A stretch of DNA of 60,720 nt, the filler included, from Actinomycetota bacterium (GTDB taxonomy: Bacteria; Actinomycetota; Acidimicrobiia; IMCC26256; VFJJ01), in NCBI GenBank assembly GCA_009886115.1. It is 4 parts of 4 records of this genome, joined end to end, with 100 filler letters (N's around TTAATTAATTAA, not from the genome) between each part and the next. Parts side by side here need not be neighbours in the genome. Positions count along the whole stretch, not along the records: positions 5,419 to 32,765 come from VFJJ01000011.1; 3 more parts are not named here. The stretch is one strand, 5' to 3'. The notes below the pieces were generated by a model that worked only from the letters and a program-made list of their open reading frames with translations, was not told the DNA's origin and searched no databases. The position numbers and the translations under genes were made by a program. Each line of letters begins with the position of its first letter. The first letter of the stretch is position 1. This document shows positions 9,293 to 17,797 of this stretch, piece after piece.

Positions 9293-10369
9293 GTGACCGA
9301 AGGACCCGAAGGGAACCATTCCTGGCCCGACGTCGTCGGACCGTTGATGCGTCGCGAGAACCTCACCGCTGCGGCGGCCAGTTGGGCGTTGGCCGAGATC
9401 CTGGGGGGGAACGCGCTCGATGCACAGATCGCCGCCTTTGCCGTGGCGCTCCGGTCCAAGGGTGAGACCGTCGTCGAGATGACAGCCCTGGTCGACACGT
9501 TGATGCGTTTCGCCGAACGCGTCCCCACCGACGAACTCGACGTCGACGCACTCGTCGACACCTGTGGCACGGGTGGCGACCGGTCGGGATCGGTGAACGT
9601 CTCGACGCTGGCCGCATGCGTGGTGGCCGGGGCCGGCGTCGGCGTGGCCAAGCACGGCAACCGCTCGGCATCGTCGCAGTGCGGATCCGCCGACCTGCTC
9701 GAAGCCCTCGGGGTCACGATCGACCTCGGGCCTGTCGGAGTCGCCCGGTGCCTCTCGGAGGCGAGCTTCGGTTTTTGCCTCGCGCCGCGCTTCCACGCCG
9801 CCTTGCGCCACGCCGGGCCGACCCGGCGGGCCATCGGCGTGTCGACGACGTTCAACTTCCTGGGTCCACTGGCCAACCCCGTCGGTGTCCGACGACAGAC
9901 CGTCGGGGTGTCCGACGGGGCCATGGCCGAACGGGTCGCGGGTGTGTTGCAGGCCCGGGGTGCCATCAAGGCCTGGGTGTTCCACGGCCACGACGGTCTC
10001 GACGAGCTCACCACCACAGGACCGTCGACGGTCTACGAGATCGACGGTGGCGACGTGAGATCGTGGGCCTTCGATCCTTTGGAAGACCTCGGCATCCCCC
10101 GGGTCGATCTCGGCGCGCTCCAGGGAGGCGACGTGGGCGCGAACACGGCCATCGCCCGGAGGGTCCTCGATGGCGAGCGGGGACCGGTGCACGACGTGGT
10201 GGCGCTCAATGCCGCTGCGGCGCTGCTCGTGGCCGGACGCGTCTCCAGCGTGGGCGACGGGTACGAGCTCGCTCGCAGCTCGCTGGCCGACGGCTCGGCG
10301 GCCTCCGCGCTCGAGCGGCTCGTGAAGGTGAGCGGCGCGGCTGCGGCGCTCGGCGAAGGTGCCCACTGA
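9293..10369 (+). CDS. trpD: Anthranilate phosphoribosyltransferase
   Basis: DTCGTGGD, NVST, KHGNRSASSQCGSADLLEALG, TFNFLGPLANP and DGLDELT. Confidence 0.96.
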   Translation: MTEGPEGNHSWPDVVGPLMRRENLTAAAASWALAEILGGNALDAQIAAFAVALRSKGETVVEMTALVDTLMRFAERVPTDELDVDALVDTCGTGGDRSGSVNVSTLAACVVAGAGVGVAKHGNRSASSQCGSADLLEALGVTIDLGPVGVARCLSEASFGFCLAPRFHAALRHAGPTRRAIGVSTTFNFLGPLANPVGVRRQTVGVSDGAMAERVAGVLQARGAIKAWVFHGHDGLDELTTTGPSTVYEIDGGDVRSWAFDPLEDLGIPRVDLGALQGGDVGANTAIARRVLDGERGPVHDVVALNAAAALLVAGRVSSVGDGYELARSSLADGSAASALERLVKVSGAAAALGEGAH

Positions 10370-11172
10370 TGGCGGCCGCGCTCCAGTGCCCGTCGTGCGG
10401 GCATCGTCATCCCCTCGACATCGTTCCCGACGCGGCGACGTTCCGCTGCCAGTCGTGTGCTCGCAACCTCAAGGTTCCCGAGGCGCTGCGCAATCGGCGC
10501 GGCGATCTGGTGATCGACGGCCAACTGCCGGCCGAAGCACGATCCGCGCAGGAACCCTCGGCCGTGTCGGCCGGTGCGGGTGGCCGCGCTGGCGTCTCGT
10601 CCCCTTCCCCCGCCCCATCGGTGTTTGCCGCGCCATCGCCCGCGGCGTTGGTTCCTGAACACCGCACCGAGCCCAGTCCTCCTGGTCTCCGGACGTCGGT
10701 GGCTCGATCGGGGGCGACGGTCATGCCCGGACCCGTCGGCTCGGGCTCGGGTCCCATCGTGATCGGGCAACCTGCCCCGATCCCGCAATCCCCGAGAGGC
10801 GAGCAGCGGGGAGGGCCGCGAGCGTCGACGCAGTCCTCGAACGGCGTCACGAGCGCCGCCACGCCAGCCGCCGCCGCCGCCGACGGATCGTCGATGCCCA
10901 TGACGGTTCCCGTCCCGGTGCACTGGGCGGTGCGGGTGTTGTTGTGGATCGTCGCGTTGGCCATCGGCGCGGTGTTGGTGCTCATCCCGGCGCGGCGTCT
11001 CGACATCATCACGTTCGACGGGGCGCTCAACGTGATCGGCGGGCAGGGTTTCAAGAAGTGGGAGCTCCCTCTGGTGATCGTTCCACCGTGGGCGATCGTG
11101 AGCGCGACCTTGGCGCATCTGATGATCGAAGGGGCCAGCCGCTTCGTGCCGTCGCGTCGCTCCGTCGGGTGA
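10369..11172 (+). CDS. Zn-ribbon / Pro-rich linker / two-TM membrane protein
   Basis: Start coupled to the trpD stop (TGATG). CPSC-x13-CQSC, long Pro/Ser/Ala linker, two C-terminal hydrophobic helices. Confidence 0.75.
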   Translation: MAAALQCPSCGHRHPLDIVPDAATFRCQSCARNLKVPEALRNRRGDLVIDGQLPAEARSAQEPSAVSAGAGGRAGVSSPSPAPSVFAAPSPAALVPEHRTEPSPPGLRTSVARSGATVMPGPVGSGSGPIVIGQPAPIPQSPRGEQRGGPRASTQSSNGVTSAATPAAAAADGSSMPMTVPVPVHWAVRVLLWIVALAIGAVLVLIPARRLDIITFDGALNVIGGQGFKKWELPLVIVPPWAIVSATLAHLMIEGASRFVPSRRSVG

Positions 11173-11243
11173 CCTCGTCCGGCTGAGCTCCGACAGCCAG
11201 TGACGCCGACCACCGCTGACGCCGACCACCGCCGAGCGGCGGT

Positions 11244-13019
11244 TCACCGGTGGCCGCGCGGTCGTGGTCGGGCCTCGAACGAGTCGATCCGAGGGAGTGG
11301 GCTGGCCAGCCCGTGCTCGGCGCTGACCAGCCGCGCCCGTCCCTCGCCGATCTCCCGGTGCATCCACCGGGTCACGATGAGCAACTCGTCGAGCTCGTCC
11401 CGAGCAGGGGGCCGCGAGAGGTGGGGCGCCGGCCGAGGCGGCTCAGCCCGAACCTCGGCCGCGATCTCGAGCGTGAGCTGCGCACGGGCCGGCTCGGCGC
11501 GTGTCGCGGCGGGGCGTGGCCCCCGGGATCGCGTCTGCACCTCGACGAGATGGCCGTGCTCGACGACGATCCGGTGCACGAGCGCGCCGTCGGGTGAGCG
11601 GGCGTGCACGATCATCCGCCCGGCGTGGCGGACGGCGTCGACCTCCCTGCGGACCCGGAGCGCCCGAGCCAGAGCGACGAGACGGTCGCGAGTGATCGCG
11701 GCCTCCTCGAACCGGGCCTGGCTCGCCAGGGACCGCATCCGGGCCGCGAGAGGCTCGAGCACGAGCATGGGCTCGTCGGTGAGGGCTCGGGTCGCGATCG
11801 ACGCGATCGACGCGTACTCGCCCGGGTCGGTGAGCCCGCTGCACGGACACGCGGCAGTTCCGAGCTGGCCGGGAACGCAGGCGAACGCCGGGCAGCTCAC
11901 ACCGTCGCCGGGGACGGCTCGACGGCCCACCGGGCGCCCGCACCGCCGCAGCGGGAGCGCCGTCTCGATCGCCTCACGGACGGTCTGGGCGGCGCCGCTC
12001 GACGGGAACGGGCCGAGGTAGACGCCGTCGTCGCGTACGGCCTTGACCACCGTGAGGCGCGGGAAGCGCTCGTGGGTCGTCAGCTTGAGGTACGTGCTGG
12101 AACGCCAGTGCTTGGAGCGGCGGTTGTAGTGCGGCTGGTGCTCGCGGATCAGCCGAAGCTCGTGGACTTCGGCCTCGAGCACGGTGGACGTCTCGATGTG
12201 ATCGATCCGGGTGGTCTCGCGCAGCAGTTGTGGGATCTTGCGGCGGGTCTCGGACGAGAAGTACGACCGGACCCGTGCCCGCAGGTTCGTGGCCTTGCCC
12301 ACGTACGCCACCTGGCCCTGCGCGTTCCGGAACAGGTACACACCGGGCCGGCGCGGCAGATCGCGCGTGAGTGCCAGCTTGGCCACGGCCGGTGATCCGT
12401 TGAGCGATGGCAGAGCCAGCAGGTCGTCGAGCGCGGTGATCCCGAAGGAGCCGGCCCGTTCGAGCAGCGCATGCAGCACGTCGGCCGTGGCCAGCGCATC
12501 GTCGAGCGCCCGATGACTGGGCGTGTGGGCCGCACGGAGATGGCGGGCGAGCGTGGCCAGCTTGAGATTGGGCACCTCGTCGAGCACGAGCCGGCGAGCG
12601 AGGGCCAGCGTGTCGACCCGGAGGTTGCCGAGCCGGGGCCGACCCGTGCGCACGAGGGCGGCGTCGGTGAAGCCGATGTCGAAGCTCACGTTGTGGCCCA
12701 CGAGGACGGCGTCGCCGACGAACTCCAAGAAGGTGGGGAGCACGTTGGCGATCGTCGGGGCGGGGGCCACGAGCGCATCGGTGATCCCGGTGAGCATCGT
12801 GATCATCGGAGGGATGGCCAACCCCGGATTCACGAGCGTCTGGAAGGTGCCGAGGCAGACTCCGCCGCGAACCTTGACGGCTCCGATCTCGGTGATCTCC
12901 GATCCCGCTGGCGTGGCCCCGGTGGTCTCGAGATCGAAGACCACGAACGTCACCCCGACCAGCGGCGCCCCCATGTCGTCGAACGAGCGCTGCGTCGGCA
13001 TTCGCACCGAGCGAGCCAT
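11244..13019 (-). CDS. DEDD (DnaQ-like) exonuclease-GIY-YIG/UvrC-like nuclease fusion (Rv2191-like); start may lie further upstream
   Basis: Exonuclease motifs FVVFDLETTG, VGHNVSFD and HRALDDA. PGVYLF..YVGKATNLRARVRSYF (GIY-YIG), Cys cluster, UVR-like RFEEAA..RD. Confidence 0.93.
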   Translation of the reverse strand: MARSVRMPTQRSFDDMGAPLVGVTFVVFDLETTGATPAGSEITEIGAVKVRGGVCLGTFQTLVNPGLAIPPMITMLTGITDALVAPAPTIANVLPTFLEFVGDAVLVGHNVSFDIGFTDAALVRTGRPRLGNLRVDTLALARRLVLDEVPNLKLATLARHLRAAHTPSHRALDDALATADVLHALLERAGSFGITALDDLLALPSLNGSPAVAKLALTRDLPRRPGVYLFRNAQGQVAYVGKATNLRARVRSYFSSETRRKIPQLLRETTRIDHIETSTVLEAEVHELRLIREHQPHYNRRSKHWRSSTYLKLTTHERFPRLTVVKAVRDDGVYLGPFPSSGAAQTVREAIETALPLRRCGRPVGRRAVPGDGVSCPAFACVPGQLGTAACPCSGLTDPGEYASIASIATRALTDEPMLVLEPLAARMRSLASQARFEEAAITRDRLVALARALRVRREVDAVRHAGRMIVHARSPDGALVHRIVVEHGHLVEVQTRSRGPRPAATRAEPARAQLTLEIAAEVRAEPPRPAPHLSRPPARDELDELLIVTRWMHREIGEGRARLVSAEHGLASPLPRIDSFEARPRPRGHR

Positions 13020-13118
13020 CTCGGGAATTCGTCGGGTCGCCGCAGCACTGCCAGCACTGCCGGCCATGCCGGCCACCTCGGCCATGCCGATCAGGTGTGA
13101 AGTCACGGGCATCCCCTC

Positions 13119-13132
13119 CGAACGTACGTTCG
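13119..13132. promoter_or_regulatory. LexA (SOS) box
   Basis: CGAAC-GTAC-GTTCG, a perfect Gram-positive CGAAC-N4-GTTCG palindrome at the predicted transcription start of the nuclease gene. Confidence 0.85.
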
Positions 13133-13137
13133 TCGAC

Positions 13138-13159
13138 ACCGTACACGGGGGGTACGACA
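13138..13159 (-). promoter_or_regulatory. PafBC-dependent (RecA-NDp-type) promoter
   Basis: Minus strand TGTCGT-ACCCCCCGTG-TACGGT matches TGTCGG-N10-TA-N3-T with one mismatch. Confidence 0.8.
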
Positions 13160-13221
13160 GTCACGGGGGAGTCGGCGACAGTCGACCTGGATGCCGTGAG
13201 ACGGCCTCGTAGACTCGGGAC

Positions 13222-13464
13222 GTGGCCCAGCCGCCGACGAGGTATCACTGCACCGCCTGCGGGAACCTGACGCGCTTCGATGTCGTGACCACGCGGCGAA
13301 CGCGCGCGTTCCACCATTTCTCGCTGGCCGGGGAGCTACGCGTCGAGGACGAAGACGTCCTCGACGCGGTCGTCGAAGCGGTCAGCTGCCGTTGGTGCTC
13401 GGCCGCGGGTCCGGCGATCGAAGCCGTGGCCGGTGTCCGGTCGGACCAGCCGGCCGACGGGTGA
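13222..13464 (+). CDS. Small Zn-ribbon-like conserved actinobacterial protein
   Basis: CTACGNLTRFDV...VSCRWC. TAGACT -10 element 6 nt before the GTG (leaderless). Confidence 0.85.
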   Translation: MAQPPTRYHCTACGNLTRFDVVTTRRTRAFHHFSLAGELRVEDEDVLDAVVEAVSCRWCSAAGPAIEAVAGVRSDQPADG

Positions 13465-13470
13465 GCTGGC

Positions 13471-13890
13471 TCAGATTCCCATCAGCTGGACGATCAGGCG
13501 GCGGGCTCTGGGACGGTCGTCGAAGTCGATGAGCACGACCTTCTGCCACGTGCCGAGCATCAGCTCGCCCGTCTGGAACGGCACCGTCACCGAAGGCCCG
13601 ACGAAGGCCGCCCGCGCGTGGCTGTGGCCGTTGGTGTCGTCGTTGCGTTCGTTGTGCTCGTATCGCTGGTGTTGGGGAGCGATGCCCTCGAAGGCCGTGG
13701 CGAGGTCGGCGGCGCAGCCGGGCTCGAGCTCGATCGTCGTCACCCCGCACGTCGAGTGGGCGACGAACACGGTGCACAGGCCCTCGCGCAGACCGGCGTT
13801 GTCGATCACCTTCTGCGCATATCCGGTGACGTCGATGATGTCGCCATCACCCTGCGTGTCGAGCGTCAGCTCCTCGTACCGTGCCTGCAT
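13471..13890 (-). CDS. yjbQ: YjbQ (UPF0047, secondary thiamine-phosphate synthase) family protein
   Basis: IIDVT, HSTCGVTTIE, YEH..NGHSHARA and LGTWQKVVLIDFD. Confidence 0.9.
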   Translation of the reverse strand: MQARYEELTLDTQGDGDIIDVTGYAQKVIDNAGLREGLCTVFVAHSTCGVTTIELEPGCAADLATAFEGIAPQHQRYEHNERNDDTNGHSHARAAFVGPSVTVPFQTGELMLGTWQKVVLIDFDDRPRARRLIVQLMGI

Positions 13891-13974
13891 GGAGTGCTCC
13901 TGGTGCGCGACGCGCTGCGAAGGACTGCTTTGCAGTGTACGAGTCAGCTCGGGGCCGGGCATGCTGTGGGCATC

Positions 13975-15573
13975 ATGGCGTTGATCCCGTCGGCCTTGGC
14001 CTCGGCGCTTCCCGAGCCGATGCTCGTCCCGCTGCTCGACGCCGCGGCCCGGACGCTGCGCGAGCTCGAGCCCGAGGACGCGCCCCTCGGTGTCCGTCGG
14101 CTCCTCGGGTTCGATCGTCGGGGCTTGATGCGTTCGGCGGCTCGGGCGCAGCTCTTCCGGTCGCTCGAACACGAGCCCGAGTGGGCCGAGCGGGTGATCG
14201 AAAGCTTCCTCGCCTCGCCCGAGGTCGTGCAGCTCGTCGAGACGCTCGGCGGCGCGCCGCTCACGACATCGACGGTCGAGCTGGCCCAGATCGCCGATCG
14301 CGGCGAGCTCCCCCTGTTGGCTTCCTACCTCGTCGCAGCGCAGCCTGAAGGGTTCGAGTTCGTGCTCGGCGTGCTGGTGGGGCTGGCCGACTCCACCCGT
14401 CATCGCAAGGCCGACGACGACGATCGAGCCGCGCTGCGGGCCCGGGCCTCGTCGCTGGAGGTCGCGCTGCAGCGGGCCGAATCGGCCAAGCTCGAGCTGA
14501 CCGCCGAGATCGGCCGAATCGACACGGCGCTGCGGGACGAGCGCCGCTCGCGCCGAGGACGCGAGGAGCAGGCGAAGGCCGACATCGCGACGGCACAGGT
14601 CCGCGTCAGCGACCTGGAGCGGGAGATCGAGCGGCTCGCCGAGGCGGGTCGGTCGTCGGAACATCGTGCCCAGCACGAGGCCGGCAGGACCCGGGCAGCC
14701 GAGGATGTGCAGCGACAGACCCGCGCCGAGCTCGACTCCACCGTGGCTGCGCTGGCCGAGACCAGGCGGGCGCTGGAGCGGTCGGCGGCGCCGGGAACGG
14801 GGCTCCGGTACCCCGATCTCCGCGCGCTGCACCACGCGGCGCAGGCTGCCGAGGCACTGGCCGAGCGACTCGCGACCATCACCCAGAGCGCTCGTGACGA
14901 CGCGGCCCGGATGGGCATCGTGCTCGAAACCTCAGCGACACGCCCCGTCCGGCCGCCGGAGGTGCCCTCGGCTCCGCCGGCGGAGACCAAGGGAGCTGTA
15001 CCTCCGGTCGCCCCAGGGGCGCGCGAGCGCGAGCAGGAGCCCGTGCCGGAGCCTGTGCAGGAGAGCACGCCGCGACCGGGCGTCGCCGCGGGGAGCCGCC
15101 GCCGGGCACCCGTCCCCATCCCGCCGGGCATGCTGGCCGACACGCCGGCGGCCGTCGCGGCCGCGTTGTCGGGAGCGGGCGTCGCCGTGGTGATCGACGG
15201 GTACAACGTCGCGATGCGGGAGTGGCCCGGTGAGCCGGCGCTCGTCCAGCGCGAACGGCTCATCGTGCTGTCGACGGCGTTGGCGGTGCGGACCCGCAGC
15301 CCGGTGACGATCGTTTTCGACGGCACCGATTTCGACTCGCCCGGATCGCCCGGATCGGCCGGGGCACGGCCGGGACGCCGGACCGGGATCAGGGTCGTGT
15401 TCTCGTTGGGCGACGAGACTGCCGATGACGTGATCGTGCGAGAGATCGCCGGCACGGCGCTGAGGACGCCCGTGTTGGCGGTGACGTCAGACAAGGAGCT
15501 GCGTCAGCGCGTGGCAGCCGTGGGCGCGCTGGCGATCTCGGTCGAGACGTTCGCTGACGTCGTGAGGCGCTGA
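13975..15573 (+). CDS. Coiled-coil protein with C-terminal NYN (YacP-like) RNase domain
   Basis: Central coiled coil and Pro-rich linker, then VIDGYNV, IVFDG, VVFS..ETADDVI and VTSDKEL. Confidence 0.88.
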   Translation: MALIPSALASALPEPMLVPLLDAAARTLRELEPEDAPLGVRRLLGFDRRGLMRSAARAQLFRSLEHEPEWAERVIESFLASPEVVQLVETLGGAPLTTSTVELAQIADRGELPLLASYLVAAQPEGFEFVLGVLVGLADSTRHRKADDDDRAALRARASSLEVALQRAESAKLELTAEIGRIDTALRDERRSRRGREEQAKADIATAQVRVSDLEREIERLAEAGRSSEHRAQHEAGRTRAAEDVQRQTRAELDSTVAALAETRRALERSAAPGTGLRYPDLRALHHAAQAAEALAERLATITQSARDDAARMGIVLETSATRPVRPPEVPSAPPAETKGAVPPVAPGAREREQEPVPEPVQESTPRPGVAAGSRRRAPVPIPPGMLADTPAAVAAALSGAGVAVVIDGYNVAMREWPGEPALVQRERLIVLSTALAVRTRSPVTIVFDGTDFDSPGSPGSAGARPGRRTGIRVVFSLGDETADDVIVREIAGTALRTPVLAVTSDKELRQRVAAVGALAISVETFADVVRR

Positions 15574-16154
15574 CCCTCAGCGGCGAGCCGTATGGGCGTC
15601 GCGAAGAGCTCGTGGACGAGTGGCGCGAAGTGCTCGAGCGGCAACGTGTCGTAGCTCGGATCGAAGCTGGTCTGGTCCCACTCGTCGGCGAAGCGTTGGG
15701 CGAGCTCGAACCCGCGATGGCCCCGGTGCCGCTCCCGAGCCGCCGGGTCCATGCCGAAGTGCTCGTAGTAGTGCTGACCCTGGAAGTCCTGATGGACCTG
15801 GATCAGCCAGTACACGTCGTCGCTGACGTAGGGCTTGAGGATCTCGGCGGCGATCGCCGGATGGTTGACGACGGCAACGATCTTGCCGACGTCGTGGAGC
15901 AAGGACGCCACGATCATCTCGGTGCTGGCGCCGCCCCGCTCGGCCCGGGTGGCCGTCTGCAGGCAGTGGGTGAGCTGATCGACCGCGAAGCCGTCGGTGA
16001 TCGTGGCCAGCTCGGCGAGAAGCTCGAGCACCTTCTCGGCCACACGGGCCTGGTGGCCGAAGGTCTGGCGGCCGATCTCGGCCCACTGCTCGGCGGTCGA
16101 CTCGTCCATGCGCGTGAAACGTGCCGTCTCGGTCGTGGGCTCGGTGGTCGTCAT
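15504..16154 (-). CDS. HD-domain protein (PhnZ/MIOX-like diiron oxygenase/phosphohydrolase family)
   Basis: DQLTHCLQTATRA, LLHDVGK, NHPAIAAEIL, HQDFQ and DEWDQ. Overlaps the NYN gene convergently by 70 nt. Confidence 0.85.
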   Translation of the reverse strand: MTTTEPTTETARFTRMDESTAEQWAEIGRQTFGHQARVAEKVLELLAELATITDGFAVDQLTHCLQTATRAERGGASTEMIVASLLHDVGKIVAVVNHPAIAAEILKPYVSDDVYWLIQVHQDFQGQHYYEHFGMDPAARERHRGHRGFELAQRFADEWDQTSFDPSYDTLPLEHFAPLVHELFATPIRLAAEGQRLTTSANVSTEIASAPTAATR

Positions 16155-16227
16155 GGCGTCATTGTCGCATGCACGTCGAGCGGCCGTCAGACGATCGAAC
16201 GTGGCGGAAGATGGCGGGAAGGTGGGC

Positions 16228-16425
16228 TCAGCCGGCGCTGATCTTCTGCTGATGGCGAAGGGGGCCGATGAGGCCGGCCTGCCCGAGCAGCCGAATGGCC
16301 CGCTCCTCCATGACGTCGATCACGACCGCCTGCCCGGGCTCGCGGTTCACGATGAAGCTGACGAGGCAGTCGTCGCAGGCGTCGGTGTGGGTCAGGGTGC
16401 AGTCGTTGCAGTCGATGGTGAGCAC
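16228..16425 (-). CDS. 65-aa Cys4 small protein of unknown function
   Basis: GAGGAGG RBS 5 nt before GTG. MLTIDCNDC-x7-CDDCLVSF...ERAIRLLGQAGLIGPLR. Confidence 0.85.
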   Translation of the reverse strand: MLTIDCNDCTLTHTDACDDCLVSFIVNREPGQAVVIDVMEERAIRLLGQAGLIGPLRHQQKISAG

Positions 16426-16469
16426 GGGTTCCTCCTCGGGTCGGGGCGTCGGCCCGCCCCGGCATCGCC

Positions 16470-16491
16470 AGCATGACAGGGGGGTACGACA
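16470..16491 (-). promoter_or_regulatory. Second PafBC-type promoter
   Basis: Minus strand TGTCGT-ACCCCCCTGT-CATGCT. Shares 14 identical nt (plus strand GGGGGGTACGACAG) with the 13147-13160 copy. Confidence 0.7.
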
Positions 16492-16551
16492 GGTTCGCCC
16501 GGCCGACGGTCGGATCGGGGCGGCCGGCGGGGCCCCCGTAGGATCCGACAC

Positions 16552-17682
16552 GTGCCGTCCCTGCTGGTCACGAACGACTTCCCGCCCAAGGTCGGCGGCA
16601 TCCAGTCGTACCTCTGGGAGCTGTGGCGCCGTCTCCCGCCCGACCAGGTCACGGTGCTCACCAGCCGGTACCCGGGTGATCGGGCGTGGGATGCCCGGCA
16701 GGCCTTCCGTATCGAGCGAGCCCGCGAGTGGTGGCTCCTACCCACCCGCGACCTCGTGCAGCGCATCGACGCGCTCGCTCGGGAGGTGGGCGCCGACGTG
16801 GTGATCCTCGATCCGGGGCTGCCGCTCGGGATCGTCGGGCCGAGGTTGCGATCAGCCCCGTACGTCGTGGTCCTGCACGGCTCCGAGGTGACGGTCCCGG
16901 CCCGGCTCCCGGGAAGCGCCGGCGCCCTGCGGCGGGTCCTCGACGGGGCGGCCGGGATCCTTGCGGCCGGGGGCTATCCGGCGGCCGAGGCGGCGCGGCT
17001 GGTCGGTCGCCGGCTGCCGAGCCTGGTCATCCCACCCGGGGTCGACGCCACGCGCTTTGCTCTGCCGAGCGATGCGGCCCGGTGGGGACTGCGCCAGCGA
17101 TTGGGGTGGTGGCCCGACCGACCGATCGTGGTGGGGGTCAGCCGGCTCGTCACCCGCAAGGGTTTCGACGTGCTGATCGACGCCGTGGCGGCGCTCGACG
17201 ACGAGGTCGGCCTCGTCGTCGCCGGGGCCGGGCGCGATCGCGCCCGTCTGGCGGCCCGGATCCGGGCGCGCGGGCTCGAGCACCGGGCCCGGTTGCTCGG
17301 ACGGGTCTCGGACGCCGATCTCCCTTCGGTGTACGCGGGAGGCGACGTGTTCGCCATGCCCTGTCGCGACCGCTGGCGGGGGCTCGAGCAGGAGGGCTTC
17401 GGGATCGTGTTCCTCGAAGCGGCGGCCGCGGGTCTGGCGTCGGTCGCGGGTCGCTCAGGCGGCACCGCCGAGGCCGTCGTCGACGGCGAGACGGGATTCG
17501 TCGTCGACCCCGGGGATCCCGGCGCCGTACGCGACGCGCTCGGCGTGCTCCTCGGTGACCCCTCGCTCAGGGTGCGGATGGGCGCCGCGGCGCGTCAGCG
17601 GGCCGAGACGACGTTCTCGTACGACCGTCTCGCCGAGCGACTCACCCCCTTGGTCAGCGGCGATCTCTCGGCGCTGGCCTGA
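16552..17682 (+). CDS. GT4 glycosyltransferase, PimB'-like phosphatidylinositol mannosyltransferase
   Basis: LLVTNDFPPKVGGIQSY, VSRLVTRKG and FAMPCR..EGFGIVFLEAAA. TAGGAT 7 nt before the GTG. Confidence 0.9.
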   Translation: MPSLLVTNDFPPKVGGIQSYLWELWRRLPPDQVTVLTSRYPGDRAWDARQAFRIERAREWWLLPTRDLVQRIDALAREVGADVVILDPGLPLGIVGPRLRSAPYVVVLHGSEVTVPARLPGSAGALRRVLDGAAGILAAGGYPAAEAARLVGRRLPSLVIPPGVDATRFALPSDAARWGLRQRLGWWPDRPIVVGVSRLVTRKGFDVLIDAVAALDDEVGLVVAGAGRDRARLAARIRARGLEHRARLLGRVSDADLPSVYAGGDVFAMPCRDRWRGLEQEGFGIVFLEAAAAGLASVAGRSGGTAEAVVDGETGFVVDPGDPGAVRDALGVLLGDPSLRVRMGAAARQRAETTFSYDRLAERLTPLVSGDLSALA

Positions 17683-17797
17683 AGCCCGGGCCTCCGCCCG
17701 GGCCCGGTCCGTCGGGTGCCGTCGGAGCGAGCGGCGGGACGCCTCGGCGCCCGGGGCGGATCGCCGGTCGCCCGGGCGGGCCGCTTAGCCTGAGTCG

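Noticed and set aside
9616..10368. Long N-terminal extensions in the ORF track (also for 13471-14835, 21210-22946, 35618-37033, 41733-43505 and 57060-59405)
   Set aside because: They overlap other real genes; motifs, RBS or leaderless signals and stop/start coupling place the true starts downstream.
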